The notes: generated by a model from the letters alone, not told the origin. Shown: positions 11,244 through 20,329, counted from the stretch's first letter. The stretch is 64,000 nucleotides of DNA from an uncultured Pseudomonadales bacterium (GCA_964502565.1 CAZCXA010000002.1:648-64647), one strand, 5' to 3'. A program made the numbers and translations.

Positions 11244-11995
11244 TTGTTTGGTATTTAGCCTTGGAGTGTGGTCACCCCAGCTTAAAACGGGAGTTTGCCG
11301 TCTCCCATCCTATTCAGGAATCTCTCTAGATTGTTTTGGATTTTGCGTACACGACTTTCACGCTCTTTGGTCACTAATTCCATAGTGTTCTGCTATCCGC
11401 CACTCTCACATGTGAGAGTCCTACAACCCCCCTGTAAACAGGGGTTTGGGCTGTTCCCGGTTCGCTCATCGCTTACTAAGGGAATCTCTTACGATTTTTT
11501 TTCCTCCGGGTACTAAGATATTTCAGTTCCCCGACTTACCCCCGTGCCGTAAACGGCACAGTCATCTTGCTCTCACAAGATGGGGTTTCCCCATTCGGAC
11601 ACCGACGGGTTATGTGCTTTTTGCCAGCTAACCGTCGACTTTCGCGGGCTATACGTCCTTCATCGGCCAAACAAGCCTAGGCATTCGCTTTCTACGTTAG
11701 TTCACACAAGTTTAGTTAGACCCAAGGGTCTAACAAGATATTGAATTTGAAATTGAACTATTTTGACGATGTTTTCTTCACATGTTAAAGAGCGAAAGGA
11801 TGTTTTCATCTCTCGCAGTAGCCTCGCTGTCTGATTCTGTCAGACGCGCGTTGAAAACTGTTCAAGATGTTAAACATTCCTTATATTCAGTAATCTTTTA
11901 ACCGGTTCATTTTATTTTTTTCAAGCAACTTCCAAACATTTCTGATTTGCTAACCAAAAAGCAAGGTGTTACAAGAGACAATAAAAAGAACCCTG

Positions 11996-12069
11996 TGGAC
12001 CTGGGGAGACTCGAACTCCCGGTCTCTTCGTTGCAAACGAAGCGCTTTAGCCAACTAAGCCACAGGCCC
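11996..12069 (-). tRNA. tRNA-Ala (anticodon UGC)
   Basis: Reverse complement is GGGCCTGTGGCTTAGTTGGCTAAAGCGCTTCGTTTGCAACGAAGAGACCGGGAGTTCGAGTCTCCCCAGGTCCA. It forms a cloverleaf with anticodon loop UUUGCAA and the G3:U70 Ala identity pair. No CCA is encoded. It sits in the spacer upstream of the 23S. Confidence 0.9.
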
Positions 12070-12317
12070 GAGACAATAAAACATGCCCGGATGTATAAAA
12101 ATTCTGAAATTTATTTGGAGGGAATGCTGAAAAACAGCATTGTCACTTGATGTTTTTAACTCAATAAGTTAACTATTAAGTTAAGTATTAGGTATTTTAT
12201 AAAAAAAACTTACTAAGTGCAAGTGGAGAAAAACTTAACGTAAGATAAACCGCGTAAAAAAGTTCAGGGTTCTGTAGCAGTCCTCACCATTAAAAAATGT
12301 AGTTAATCATTAAATCT

Positions 12318-12953
12318 CTATTTCACCTCTTCCACCTCATACCCGATCTTGGCCAGCATCTTTTTATTTTTTAATGCTGTTTCCTTGCCTAGAGCTCCGT
12401 CCATCTGTCCTACTAACTTTAATGAAGTTTTGCTCACGCTCTGTAAAAAATCTAGTTGAGAGTTGATCACTTTTTTTGCCAACTCTTCATTGGCTTTGCA
12501 CAACCAATCTGCAGACAACACATATTGGCCTAGGTTGTAGACTTGCTCGCCTCCACCTAAAGAAAAACAGATTTTATTCGCTAAATGCATATTTTTTGGG
12601 CGCACCATGTGGCCTTTAATACCGTGGCCGATTTCTTTAGGATCCTCAAACTTAAGTAACCCGCTATAAAGCAAGTTTTCTTTCTCAGCTAAGGCCTGTA
12701 GGTGTTGTTGTGCCATCGCGTTAATCTCATCCCAGTCAGTTAAACCAAGCCTGTCTTTCATCCAGTCACTTTGCGAGGTAGCAGCAATAACCAGTTTGCC
12801 AGGAAAAAGCTTGCTTAAAATCTTGACTACTTCGCTAAAACCCTTTAATTCATAGCCTGAGCCAACAAAACCTAAGCGGATACCGCTGTTAATCTGAGCA
12901 CCTTCATCACAATCAGTGATGACGTATCTGGAGGGGGTGTTGTTTTTGGCCAT
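12318..12953 (-). CDS. Conserved hypothetical protein (211 aa)
   Basis: Long ORF with a protein-like composition. I could not place any motif (GGGEQ, VITDCDEG). Confidence 0.45.
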   Translation of the reverse strand: MAKNNTPSRYVITDCDEGAQINSGIRLGFVGSGYELKGFSEVVKILSKLFPGKLVIAATSQSDWMKDRLGLTDWDEINAMAQQHLQALAEKENLLYSGLLKFEDPKEIGHGIKGHMVRPKNMHLANKICFSLGGGEQVYNLGQYVLSADWLCKANEELAKKVINSQLDFLQSVSKTSLKLVGQMDGALGKETALKNKKMLAKIGYEVEEVK

Positions 12954-13008
12954 AGAACACTTTCACTGACCGCGGTTGAGTTTTTAAGTAACTCAATTTT
13001 TATTTTTT

Positions 13009-13161
13009 TTACTCAACCATAGACTGGACTGCTTGCAAATACTGCTTCATTTCTTCTTCAACCTTTTCCCAGTCACCGTCAGCTTCACGAATTGCATTAA
13101 ATAAAAGATCCATGTCAATAAGAAGTTGATCGTCGGTTACGATCATACGTTGTTTTGCCAT
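13009..13161 (-). CDS. Small acidic hypothetical protein (50 aa), not in the supplied track
   Basis: ATG at 13161 to TAA at 13009 translates to MAKQRMIVTDDQLLIDMDLLFNAIREADGDWEKVEEEMKQYLQAVQSMVE. No motif recognised. Confidence 0.2.
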   Translation of the reverse strand: MAKQRMIVTDDQLLIDMDLLFNAIREADGDWEKVEEEMKQYLQAVQSMVE

Positions 13162-13272
13162 ATAGGTATTATAACACGACAAGAAGGGGAAATCTAAAGA
13201 TTAGGTTAAAAAACTGATTTTTAACTTTAAACCTGATGCTAGCCTCTAGGTTTTGATTTTTACTTTTGAGCT

Positions 13273-14787
13273 TTATTTATACTCCACTGGCACCTCGGTC
13301 ATCACTGGACTTAAACTCATCCGTCGTTTTTCTGGCTCAATCGTGTCCACATTAACCGTAACTTGATCACCTAACTTAAACTTGTATTCAGACCCCAACT
13401 TACTGATATGCACCAAACCATCTACCCCAGGAATAACATCCACAAACACACCAAAGGGCTCGATGCGAGACACCTTGCCGGTAAAGGTTGTCCCAGGTTG
13501 ATAGTCTTCACTCACTTTTTGCCAAGGATCCTTTTTGAGTCGTTTAATAGAGAGGTTAAGCTTACCTGACTGCTCATCGATCCCGAGCACTGACACGATC
13601 ACTCGATCGCCAACTCGATGATAATTTCGCGGGTGATCAACCTTTTCCCAACTAATCTCGGAAATATGGATTAAACCCTCAACATAACCAATATCTTCTT
13701 TGGGCAGAGTTGTTTTGTCTCGAAACTCCTCCTTAAGCTGTCCGTCCTCAACCTTGCCCTTAAGATCACTGCCATCGATCGGCACCTCAACCGTCATAAA
13801 CAAACCAAAACCCTTAATTCCTGAGATAACTCCTTCATAAACATGACCTTCTTTAACCACAGACAGGGCTTGTTGACGCTGACCAAGTTGTTTTTCCTCA
13901 CTCACGTGTCGCTCTGAAAAGATCAAGCGATTGCGTTCGCGGTCAACCTCAATGGCTTTAACCTCAAACTTTTTGTCTTTTAAGTCCTCGATATGATCTA
14001 GATAACGGCGACTAAATTGACTAGAAGGCACAAATCCACGTACCCCATTTACCACTACAATTAAACCGCCTTTGTTAGCCTCAATACCTTTGGCAGTAAG
14101 AGTAGTTTCATTGGTAAAAGCGTCCTCAAAATACTCCCACTTGGCATCATTGGCCGCACCCTTTAGGCTGAGCAAGATCTGTCCGCGTGAGTTTTCAACC
14201 GAGATTACTGTGGCAGAAAGTTTGTCCCCAACCTCTAACTCCTCGATGTAATCTTGAGCAAACTCAAACTCTTGCTCAGACACCACCCCATAACTTTTTG
14301 CATTGATGTCAAGCTTGAGTAGTTTGCTGGTTTTTTCAATAATGACACCCTCGATTTTTTTTCCTTTTTGCGGAGCAACAGACTCATAGCCGGTCATCTC
14401 CATTAACTCAGCCATTGTTTTAGGAGCAGGACCGGTGCGCTTAACAGCTTGCGGTTTAGCAATGACTTTCTTAACAGAAGATTCAGTTGATTTATCCGCT
14501 TCTTTTGCCTCTTTTTTTACCTTTTCTTTTACCTCTTTTCTTACAGATTTTTTTAACGAGGCTTTTGGGGTTACTTTTGAAGTTTTTGCTTGAGTTGTTT
14601 TTTGAGAAACAGTTTTTTTACTTGCTGGTTTTTTTACTGTTATTAAGGATTTTTTTTCAGTTTTTTGAACTGTTTTTTTTGCCTCTTCTTTTGTCTTGGT
14701 ACTTTTAGCTGTTGCCGTGGTCTTTTGTGCTGTTTTAGCCTTAGCTGGAGCTTGTTTTTTTTCTTTAGTTATTGATTTAGTAGCCAT
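13273..14787 (-). CDS. rpsA: 30S ribosomal protein S1 with a ~150-aa Lys/Ala/Thr-rich N-terminal extension
   Basis: Four S1-domain repeats (e.g. KGKKIEGVIIEK..., EGHVYEGVISGIKGFGLFMTV, GTTFTGKVSRIEPFGVFVDV). The N-terminus is histone-H1-like low complexity. Confidence 0.8.
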   Translation of the reverse strand: MATKSITKEKKQAPAKAKTAQKTTATAKSTKTKEEAKKTVQKTEKKSLITVKKPASKKTVSQKTTQAKTSKVTPKASLKKSVRKEVKEKVKKEAKEADKSTESSVKKVIAKPQAVKRTGPAPKTMAELMEMTGYESVAPQKGKKIEGVIIEKTSKLLKLDINAKSYGVVSEQEFEFAQDYIEELEVGDKLSATVISVENSRGQILLSLKGAANDAKWEYFEDAFTNETTLTAKGIEANKGGLIVVVNGVRGFVPSSQFSRRYLDHIEDLKDKKFEVKAIEVDRERNRLIFSERHVSEEKQLGQRQQALSVVKEGHVYEGVISGIKGFGLFMTVEVPIDGSDLKGKVEDGQLKEEFRDKTTLPKEDIGYVEGLIHISEISWEKVDHPRNYHRVGDRVIVSVLGIDEQSGKLNLSIKRLKKDPWQKVSEDYQPGTTFTGKVSRIEPFGVFVDVIPGVDGLVHISKLGSEYKFKLGDQVTVNVDTIEPEKRRMSLSPVMTEVPVEYK

Positions 14788-15250
14788 AATTATTAATTCT
14801 TACCTAAGCGGTCTGGGCTCAGATTTAAGTTCTCCTTTCATAGAGTTGGGAAAGTATAACATAAAAAAGGTAAAAGTTAAAATTATAAACTTGAAACTTA
14901 AATTAAAACTCGAAAGTTATAAGTTGTGTTTAATTAAACTGTTTTTGTCATGCCATAAGCATTGCCTAATTTGGGTGTGTAAACAAGTTTAAACCTTCTT
15001 AAAATCAATTTAAAATCAATGTCCAGCCTAATTAAACAGTGATCTTTTTTTAAAACTAACAGGAGTTGTTGATCTATTTTTTTTCTGAAGTGGTTAAACT
15101 TCTGATGCGTTTTTAATCAGGAAACTTGTTCTTTTAAGTTATATCTTTTTATTGTTATACTATTTGTGCTATTACCTATTAATTAAAAAGGCTTAATCGT
15201 CAAGCTTAGCTTTAAGTTTTGGCGTTTATAAACAACTAAATATAAATTTT

Positions 15251-15303
15251 AAAAATAGTTAATTTAATAATCATTATTAAATTTTTTCACTCAGGCTCAT
15301 ACT
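15251..15303 (+). promoter_or_regulatory. Conserved upstream element (AAAAATAGTTAA ... TCAGGCTCATACT), copy 1, upstream of pgk
   Basis: The same bipartite element recurs at 16741-16788 upstream of the PT-repeat gene. Both copies are preceded by tata(a/t)aatt. Confidence 0.35.
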
Positions 15304-15328
15304 TTTATATTTGAGCTTTTAACCTAAC

Positions 15329-16582
15329 ATGAAAACCCTCACTCCCTCTGTCATTGCTAACAAAGCAGTTTTGGTCCGCACTGACTTTAACGTGCCTCTC
15401 AAGAAAAAAAACAACAGACTGGAAGTGGTCGAAGGTAAACGAATCGAGGAATCTCTGCCTTTACTTGAATTTTTACAAAAAAATAAAGCTAAAATTGTCT
15501 TGATGTCGCACCTAGGTAGACCAAAAGGCGAACCCGATCCAGAATTAAGTCTAGAGCCGATTACTCGCTATTTTAAACAACAACACTCACTTAACATCAA
15601 GTTTCTTGGAGAGACCGTGGGTCAGGTAGCTGAGCAAGCCGTGGCCAACCTTCAGCCAGGTGAAATCTTGCTGTTAGAAAACCTTCGGTTTTATCCAGGC
15701 GAAAAAAAAAATGATACAAGTTTTGCCAAACAACTGGCGCGCTTGGCAGATGTTTATGTAAACGAGGCTTTTTCTGCCAGCCATCGTGAGCATGCCTCGA
15801 TCCATGCGGTTGCCAAGCTCCTACCCGCCTATGCTGGCTTCCATCTCCAACATGAAATTGAAAACCTCTCTCGCATCATGACCAAGCCCAAGCATCCGTT
15901 TGTGATGGTGGTGGGCGGAGCCAAGCTTTCCTCTAAAATTGAGGCTGTTTATAACCTGCATAAAATTGCTGATGTTGTGCTGGTTGGCGGTGGCGTAGCT
16001 AATAATTTTTTAAAGGCAGAGGGCATTGAAACCCATATGTCTAAGCTTGAAGAAGATGTGAAGGCTGATGACAAGGAGCTTAGCCCTATGCAGATGGCGA
16101 ATCAGGTATTAGCGGAAAACAAAACCGAGCGCATTTTGCAAGACGGCTACATTCCTCTACCGAAAATTCTAACTCCAATCGATGTGGTGGCTGCTAAAAA
16201 TATCGAGAGCAAAAAAACCAAGATCATTAACTTAACTTCAGGTATGGCTGACACTCCTGATGACGAAGCCATAATGTATCTAGACATTGGTCCACTTACA
16301 ATAAAACTGTTTACTCATTTAATCCTTCAGGCCGGCACTATTTTTTGGAGTGGACCCATGGGCGTGTTTGAGCAAAAACCATTTGAAAACGGCACTAGAG
16401 AGATTGCTCGAGCTATTGCTAAAGCCAGCGCTGAAACTCTGGTTGGTGGTGGCGATACCATCACTGCGATTCACAAATATGGTCTTGAAGGACGATTTGA
16501 CTATGAGTCCAGCGCCGGTGGTGCTGCACTGGAGTTTTTGGCAGGTAAAAAACTACCTGGAATCACAGTGTTAGAAAAATAG
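15329..16582 (+). CDS. pgk: Phosphoglycerate kinase
   Basis: N-terminal VLVRTDFNVP, MSHLGRPKG, and C-terminal GGGDT...AGKKLPG motifs. Confidence 0.95.
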   Translation: MKTLTPSVIANKAVLVRTDFNVPLKKKNNRLEVVEGKRIEESLPLLEFLQKNKAKIVLMSHLGRPKGEPDPELSLEPITRYFKQQHSLNIKFLGETVGQVAEQAVANLQPGEILLLENLRFYPGEKKNDTSFAKQLARLADVYVNEAFSASHREHASIHAVAKLLPAYAGFHLQHEIENLSRIMTKPKHPFVMVVGGAKLSSKIEAVYNLHKIADVVLVGGGVANNFLKAEGIETHMSKLEEDVKADDKELSPMQMANQVLAENKTERILQDGYIPLPKILTPIDVVAAKNIESKKTKIINLTSGMADTPDDEAIMYLDIGPLTIKLFTHLILQAGTIFWSGPMGVFEQKPFENGTREIARAIAKASAETLVGGGDTITAIHKYGLEGRFDYESSAGGAALEFLAGKKLPGITVLEK

Positions 16583-16740
16583 TAGTTAATAACTCCTGCA
16601 GAAGTGTTGTCAAAGTACTCATAATACATCAATTAAGTTATTAAGCTTGACGAAGCAGGCTTATCTGTATTATCCTAGAAAATAGTTTTAAAGTTTAGCA
16701 AAATACTTGATTTACTATTTTTTTTATTTGTATATAATTA

Positions 16741-16788
16741 AAAAATAGTTAAAATTTATTCTTAAACATTTTTAGTCAGGCTCATACT
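16741..16788 (+). promoter_or_regulatory. Conserved upstream element copy 2 (AAAAATAGTTAA ... TCAGGCTCATACT)
   Basis: Exact 12-mer and 13-mer shared with 15251-15303. A TTGACG-N15-TATTAT sigma70-like promoter lies further upstream, around 16648-16676. Confidence 0.35.
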
Positions 16789-16794
16789 CCAGAC

Positions 16795-18015
16795 ATGAAC
16801 ATTGCCCAAAAATCTTCCACCCCTGTTGCAGGCTCATCATCTACCGCAAACACTGGCTATAACCCACCCACAGGTTTTAATCAGCCTAAGCCGGCCACCA
16901 CACATGAGGCCGCCCATTTAACTCAGCCTAAAAAAAGTTTTGCTTTTCAAAGTTTAGAAGAAAGACAAGCGAGACAAGAACAAGGTGAGCAGATGCAACC
17001 AGAGCCGGTAGACAAACTGCAAGGATCTGGAACCGCATTTAATCCTCCTGGTGGAACACCTCCTAGTACTGTTCCAACTGTCGAAAACAAACCACCCATG
17101 CCAGACAAGCTTGAATCAAAAACAAAAAAAACTTCAGTAATTATGTTGGTTGTGGCGTTCGTCTTTATGCTCCTTACTGGAGCTGGATTGTTTTACATAA
17201 CTCAAATTTTACCTGAACAAGAAGTGCCAACCGCCCCGGTCTCAGAGCCAGCAGCAGCTCCAGTAACACCTGGAGCCGAGAGTGCTCAAGTTTGTTCTTT
17301 AGTATTTTCACTCCAGACACCAACTGATGGGCCAGAAACCACCCCAACGCCAACTGATGGGCCAGAAACCACCCCAACACCAACTTCTACTCCAACGCCC
17401 ACTTCTACTCCAACACCAACTTCTACTCCAACACCAACTGATGGGCCAGAAACTACTCCATCCCCAACTGATGGGCCAGAAACCACCCCAACGCCAACTT
17501 CTACTCCAACGCCAACTTCTACTCCAACGCCCACTTCTACTCCATCCCCAACTGATGGGCCAGAAACTACACCAGGAGTCACTGCAACAACAACACCAAC
17601 TGATGAACCGACCACAGCACCAGAAGTGACCGTAACAACCACATCAGCGCCTGAACAGCCGACCACAACCACGACTACCACATCACCGTCTCACACAACC
17701 ACAACTGTCTTGGCACCAACCACCCCTCCAGCTCAACCAGCCCAAACAGTTACAAAAATTGTAGATACTCAAGCTGACTGTAATCAAGCCTGTTCTACCA
17801 ATGCAGACTGTCGCAATATTAGCCATATTTGCTACAACAGTCGTTGTCGGTTAGATATCAATCCTGAAGATGACCAATGCCGTACCCCAGCTGGTGAAAC
17901 CACTGTGGAACGAGTGGTTGAACAACCGGTGGCAGGATTTAGCAACTGGATCAACTTTTTAAGAATTGGTATCGGTGCAATCGGAACTGGTTTGCTTCTA
18001 CTATTACTACTATAA
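16795..18015 (+). CDS. Pro/Thr-repeat surface protein with a Cys-rich C-terminal module and C-terminal hydrophobic anchor
   Basis: Internal TM around residues 120-140. Repeats PTDGPETTPT and PTSTPT. A 6-Cys cluster DCNQACSTNADCRNISHICYNSRCRLD. Ends in ...GTGLLLLLLL. Confidence 0.6.
   Translation: MNIAQKSSTPVAGSSSTANTGYNPPTGFNQPKPATTHEAAHLTQPKKSFAFQSLEERQARQEQGEQMQPEPVDKLQGSGTAFNPPGGTPPSTVPTVENKPPMPDKLESKTKKTSVIMLVVAFVFMLLTGAGLFYITQILPEQEVPTAPVSEPAAAPVTPGAESAQVCSLVFSLQTPTDGPETTPTPTDGPETTPTPTSTPTPTSTPTPTSTPTPTDGPETTPSPTDGPETTPTPTSTPTPTSTPTPTSTPSPTDGPETTPGVTATTTPTDEPTTAPEVTVTTTSAPEQPTTTTTTTSPSHTTTTVLAPTTPPAQPAQTVTKIVDTQADCNQACSTNADCRNISHICYNSRCRLDINPEDDQCRTPAGETTVERVVEQPVAGFSNWINFLRIGIGAIGTGLLLLLLL
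17310..17580 (+). repeat. Coding tandem repeats (30-bp PTDGPETTPT units and 18-bp PTSTPT units)
   Basis: Direct reading shows ccaactgatgggccagaaaccaccccaacg x4 and ccaacttctactccaacgcc x6. These generate the spurious antisense ORFs in the track. Confidence 0.8.
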
Positions 18016-18086
18016 AAACCTCGTCCCAAAATTAATTTCTTCTACTGATATAATATCCTGTAGACTGAGTTATTATTGTGTGATTA

Positions 18087-18160
18087 GCGCGCGTAGCTCA
18101 ATCGGTTAGAGCACCAAGCTTATACCTTGGCGGTTCTTGGTTCGAGTCCAAGCGCGCGCA
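18087..18160 (+). tRNA. tRNA-Ile (anticodon UAU)
   Basis: GCGCGCGTAGCTCAATCGGTTAGAGCACCAAGCTTATACCTTGGCGGTTCTTGGTTCGAGTCCAAGCGCGCGCA. Seven-bp acceptor stem, anticodon loop CUUAUAC (U33, anticodon UAU, A37), T-loop TTCGAGT. No CCA encoded. Confidence 0.75.
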
Positions 18161-18251
18161 CTTTTTTTGTTTTTTAGCCTAGAAAATCGCAAATTTTAGC
18201 AATAGAGACACTTTTCTAAGTAAAATCTTTTTCTCTTTGCTAAAAACAATT

Positions 18252-18326
18252 ATGGCAATGCCAATTCTAGGGATTCCCATGTCTTTATTTATAAGCCAGA
18301 AACAATCTTATTGTATAATACATTAA
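18252..18326 (+). CDS. 24-codon ORF immediately upstream of the radical SAM gene (MAMPILGIPMSLFISQKQSYCIIH); speculative leader or precursor peptide
   Basis: ATG at 18252, stop at 18324-18326, 4 nt before the rSAM ATG. There is no other support, so it may be chance. Confidence 0.1.
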   Translation: MAMPILGIPMSLFISQKQSYCIIH

Positions 18327-18330
18327 AAAT

Positions 18331-19746
18331 ATGCCAGAAAAATTTAATTATATTAAACCAGAGTCAAATCGAAAAGAAAGCGATCTCATGTTAATTAATA
18401 GTCCGCTTTCTTTTTCAAGTGATGGTCTGGAAAAAGAATTGGAGCCCTCCTTCGGTCAACTAAGAATAGTAGCAGTTTTAGAAAAACACGGATTAAAGCC
18501 TAGCCTTTTAGATCTGTGTAGACATCCTTTGAGTCCTGAAGATATCGAAAACGTACTCTTCAATGCCTCCCCTAAAATGGTTGGTTTAAATCCAACATCC
18601 ATAAACATTGGACCTAGCCAAATAATAGCCGAAATATGTAAAAAATTAAAAATCCCGTTAATTATAGGTGGTGTCCACTCCACTCTTGACCCCAAGCAGA
18701 CCCTACACGAGTACTTTCCAGATGCTCAGATCGCTGTAAGGGGTAAAGGAGAGTATGCCGTTTTGAAAATTGTGAATGATACTTTATTGGGTAAAAAACC
18801 TCAGGGAAAGGGTGTCTACTACACCGATAGTGATTTTTCTAGAACTGATTATGGTGAATGCTATCCTTTAAGGGATATTCCAACTATCGATCAATTTAGA
18901 TATATCGAAAATCCGCTAATTGAAAAAGAAATTAATTTTGATGGAAAAAGGGAAATGAAGGGTGTCTACTACACCGATAGTGATTTTTCTAGAACTGATT
19001 ATGGTGAATGCTATCCTTTAAGGGATATTCCAACTATCGATCAATTTAGATATATCGAAAATCCGCTAATTGAAAAAGAAATTAATTTTGATGGAAAAAG
19101 GGAAATGATTAGAGAAATATCGCTATATGTGACCGCAGGTTGTCCATTTGATTGTGCGTTTTGCTCAACTCCAGTTTTGGTAGGAAAAAAATATGGAGAA
19201 AGACCATTCTTTCATCCTGGAGTTGAAAAAATAATGAAGGATATCGACTATGCAGTAGCGCATGGAGCGAATGCTGTTCATTTTTTAGACGACATGGCAA
19301 TCACCAATCAGCGTCAGCTTACGGCATTTTATCATGGCATTCAAGACATGGGAATTGCTGATGATTTTTATTGGAGAGGCATGACGAGAGCACCAATTAT
19401 TGCCAATCAATTCCAAGATCAAGACTTAAAAAATCTGCATGATTCCGGATGTTGGAGGCTGGCTATGGGAGTTGAGAGCGGAAATCAAGAGATGCTTGAT
19501 AAAATTAGAAAAGGTATTACTAAAGATCAGGTTAGGATTGCTGTATATAAACTAAAAAATTCTGGGATTTCGCAAGTTAAAGCTTTTTTTATAATGGGTT
19601 TCCCAGATGAAACCAATGAGCAGCTCATTGAGACCTACAATTTTATTATGGAACTGAAAGAATTAGGTTTAACAGACATTAGTTTGTTCCAGTTCAAACC
19701 ATATCCAGGAACAGAATTGTGGGAAAAAATGAAAATGGAAAAGTAA
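18331..19746 (+). CDS. B12-binding (class B) radical SAM enzyme carrying an internal 50-aa perfect duplication
   Basis: N-terminal Rossmann-like cobalamin-binding region (...IPLIIGGVHSTLDP...). Radical SAM cluster motif CPFDCAFC. An exact in-frame 150-bp tandem duplication lies at 18808-19107. Confidence 0.75.
   Translation: MPEKFNYIKPESNRKESDLMLINSPLSFSSDGLEKELEPSFGQLRIVAVLEKHGLKPSLLDLCRHPLSPEDIENVLFNASPKMVGLNPTSINIGPSQIIAEICKKLKIPLIIGGVHSTLDPKQTLHEYFPDAQIAVRGKGEYAVLKIVNDTLLGKKPQGKGVYYTDSDFSRTDYGECYPLRDIPTIDQFRYIENPLIEKEINFDGKREMKGVYYTDSDFSRTDYGECYPLRDIPTIDQFRYIENPLIEKEINFDGKREMIREISLYVTAGCPFDCAFCSTPVLVGKKYGERPFFHPGVEKIMKDIDYAVAHGANAVHFLDDMAITNQRQLTAFYHGIQDMGIADDFYWRGMTRAPIIANQFQDQDLKNLHDSGCWRLAMGVESGNQEMLDKIRKGITKDQVRIAVYKLKNSGISQVKAFFIMGFPDETNEQLIETYNFIMELKELGLTDISLFQFKPYPGTELWEKMKMEK
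18808..19107 (+). repeat. Perfect 2 x 150-bp tandem duplication inside the radical SAM CDS
   Basis: aagggtgtctactacaccgatagtg...gatggaaaaagggaaatg is repeated identically, giving KGVYYTDSDFSRTDYGECYPLRDIPTIDQFRYIENPLIEKEINFDGKREM twice. Confidence 0.9.
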
Positions 19747-19903
19747 GATGTATTGGAAAGAGTTAATTTTTCTCATAGTTCTTACGACTCAGAGAAAGAG
19801 ATAGTTAAGCAAAAACTGGGAGTAGACGCTTCCTTACCGGAGGACTTACAAATAGCAGAAATTTCGAGTGGAGAAGTGAGAAATTTAATAATAAAAACCT
19901 TGA

Positions 19904-20305
19904 ATGATTTTTATGCCTAAAAAAGTATTCATTTCATATTCATACAAAAAAAGAGAGCAATTCCAAAATATGGATTTAGAGATTAAAAAAGCTTTAACCA
20001 GAATTGGCTTTGAAGGTTATTCTTTCGTTTTCGATCAGCATTTAAAATTCAAGAATGATCAAGAAATGATGGTTAAAGTATTGGGGAAGATTGATGAATG
20101 CGACATTCTAATTGCAGAGCTTAGTGATAAACAAGTCGGAATTGGATTGGAAGTTGGATACGCAAAAGCGAAAAATAAAAGAATTATTTATATAAAAAGG
20201 ATAGATGCGGCCTACTCAACTACAGTTGGCGGGGTGGCCGACGATATCATTGATTATAAAAATTGTACTGACTTAATTAAAAAAATTGTTACGAAGTTGC
20301 TATAG
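19904..20305 (+). CDS. Small flavodoxin-fold protein, nucleoside 2-deoxyribosyltransferase-like / TIR-like (DUF1863-like)
   Basis: N-terminal KVFISYSYKK (TIR-like start). Motif CDILIAELSDKQVGIGLEVGYAKAKNKRIIYI resembles the NDT-family catalytic-Glu motif G-x-G-x-E-x-G-Y-A. Confidence 0.5.
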   Translation: MIFMPKKVFISYSYKKREQFQNMDLEIKKALTRIGFEGYSFVFDQHLKFKNDQEMMVKVLGKIDECDILIAELSDKQVGIGLEVGYAKAKNKRIIYIKRIDAAYSTTVGGVADDIIDYKNCTDLIKKIVTKLL

Positions 20306-20329
20306 TAAAATATGTCCGAAGTTCGATCG

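Noticed and set aside
12115-12150. Hairpin ggAATGCTGaaaaaCAGCATTgtc as an rRNA-operon or gene terminator
   Set aside because: No U-tract follows on either strand, so it is not a convincing rho-independent terminator.
14487-14992. ORFs 14487-14708 and 14696-14992 antisense to the rpsA 5' region
   Set aside because: Poly-Leu/Phe translation of the low-complexity Lys-codon-rich rpsA N-terminal region. Artefactual.
17174-18029. Antisense and alternative-frame ORFs 17174-17383, 17286-17681, 17327-17629, 17832-18029
   Set aside because: Artefacts of the Pro/Thr-encoding tandem repeats, which are stop-free in several frames. They overlap the well-supported surface-protein gene.
19904-20305. Confident TIR-domain (Thoeris ThsB-like) assignment for the 133-aa protein
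   Set aside because: The N-terminus is TIR-like, but the GIGLEVGYA motif fits the NDT-like family equally well, and no ThsA/SIR2/SLOG partner is present. Left ambiguous.
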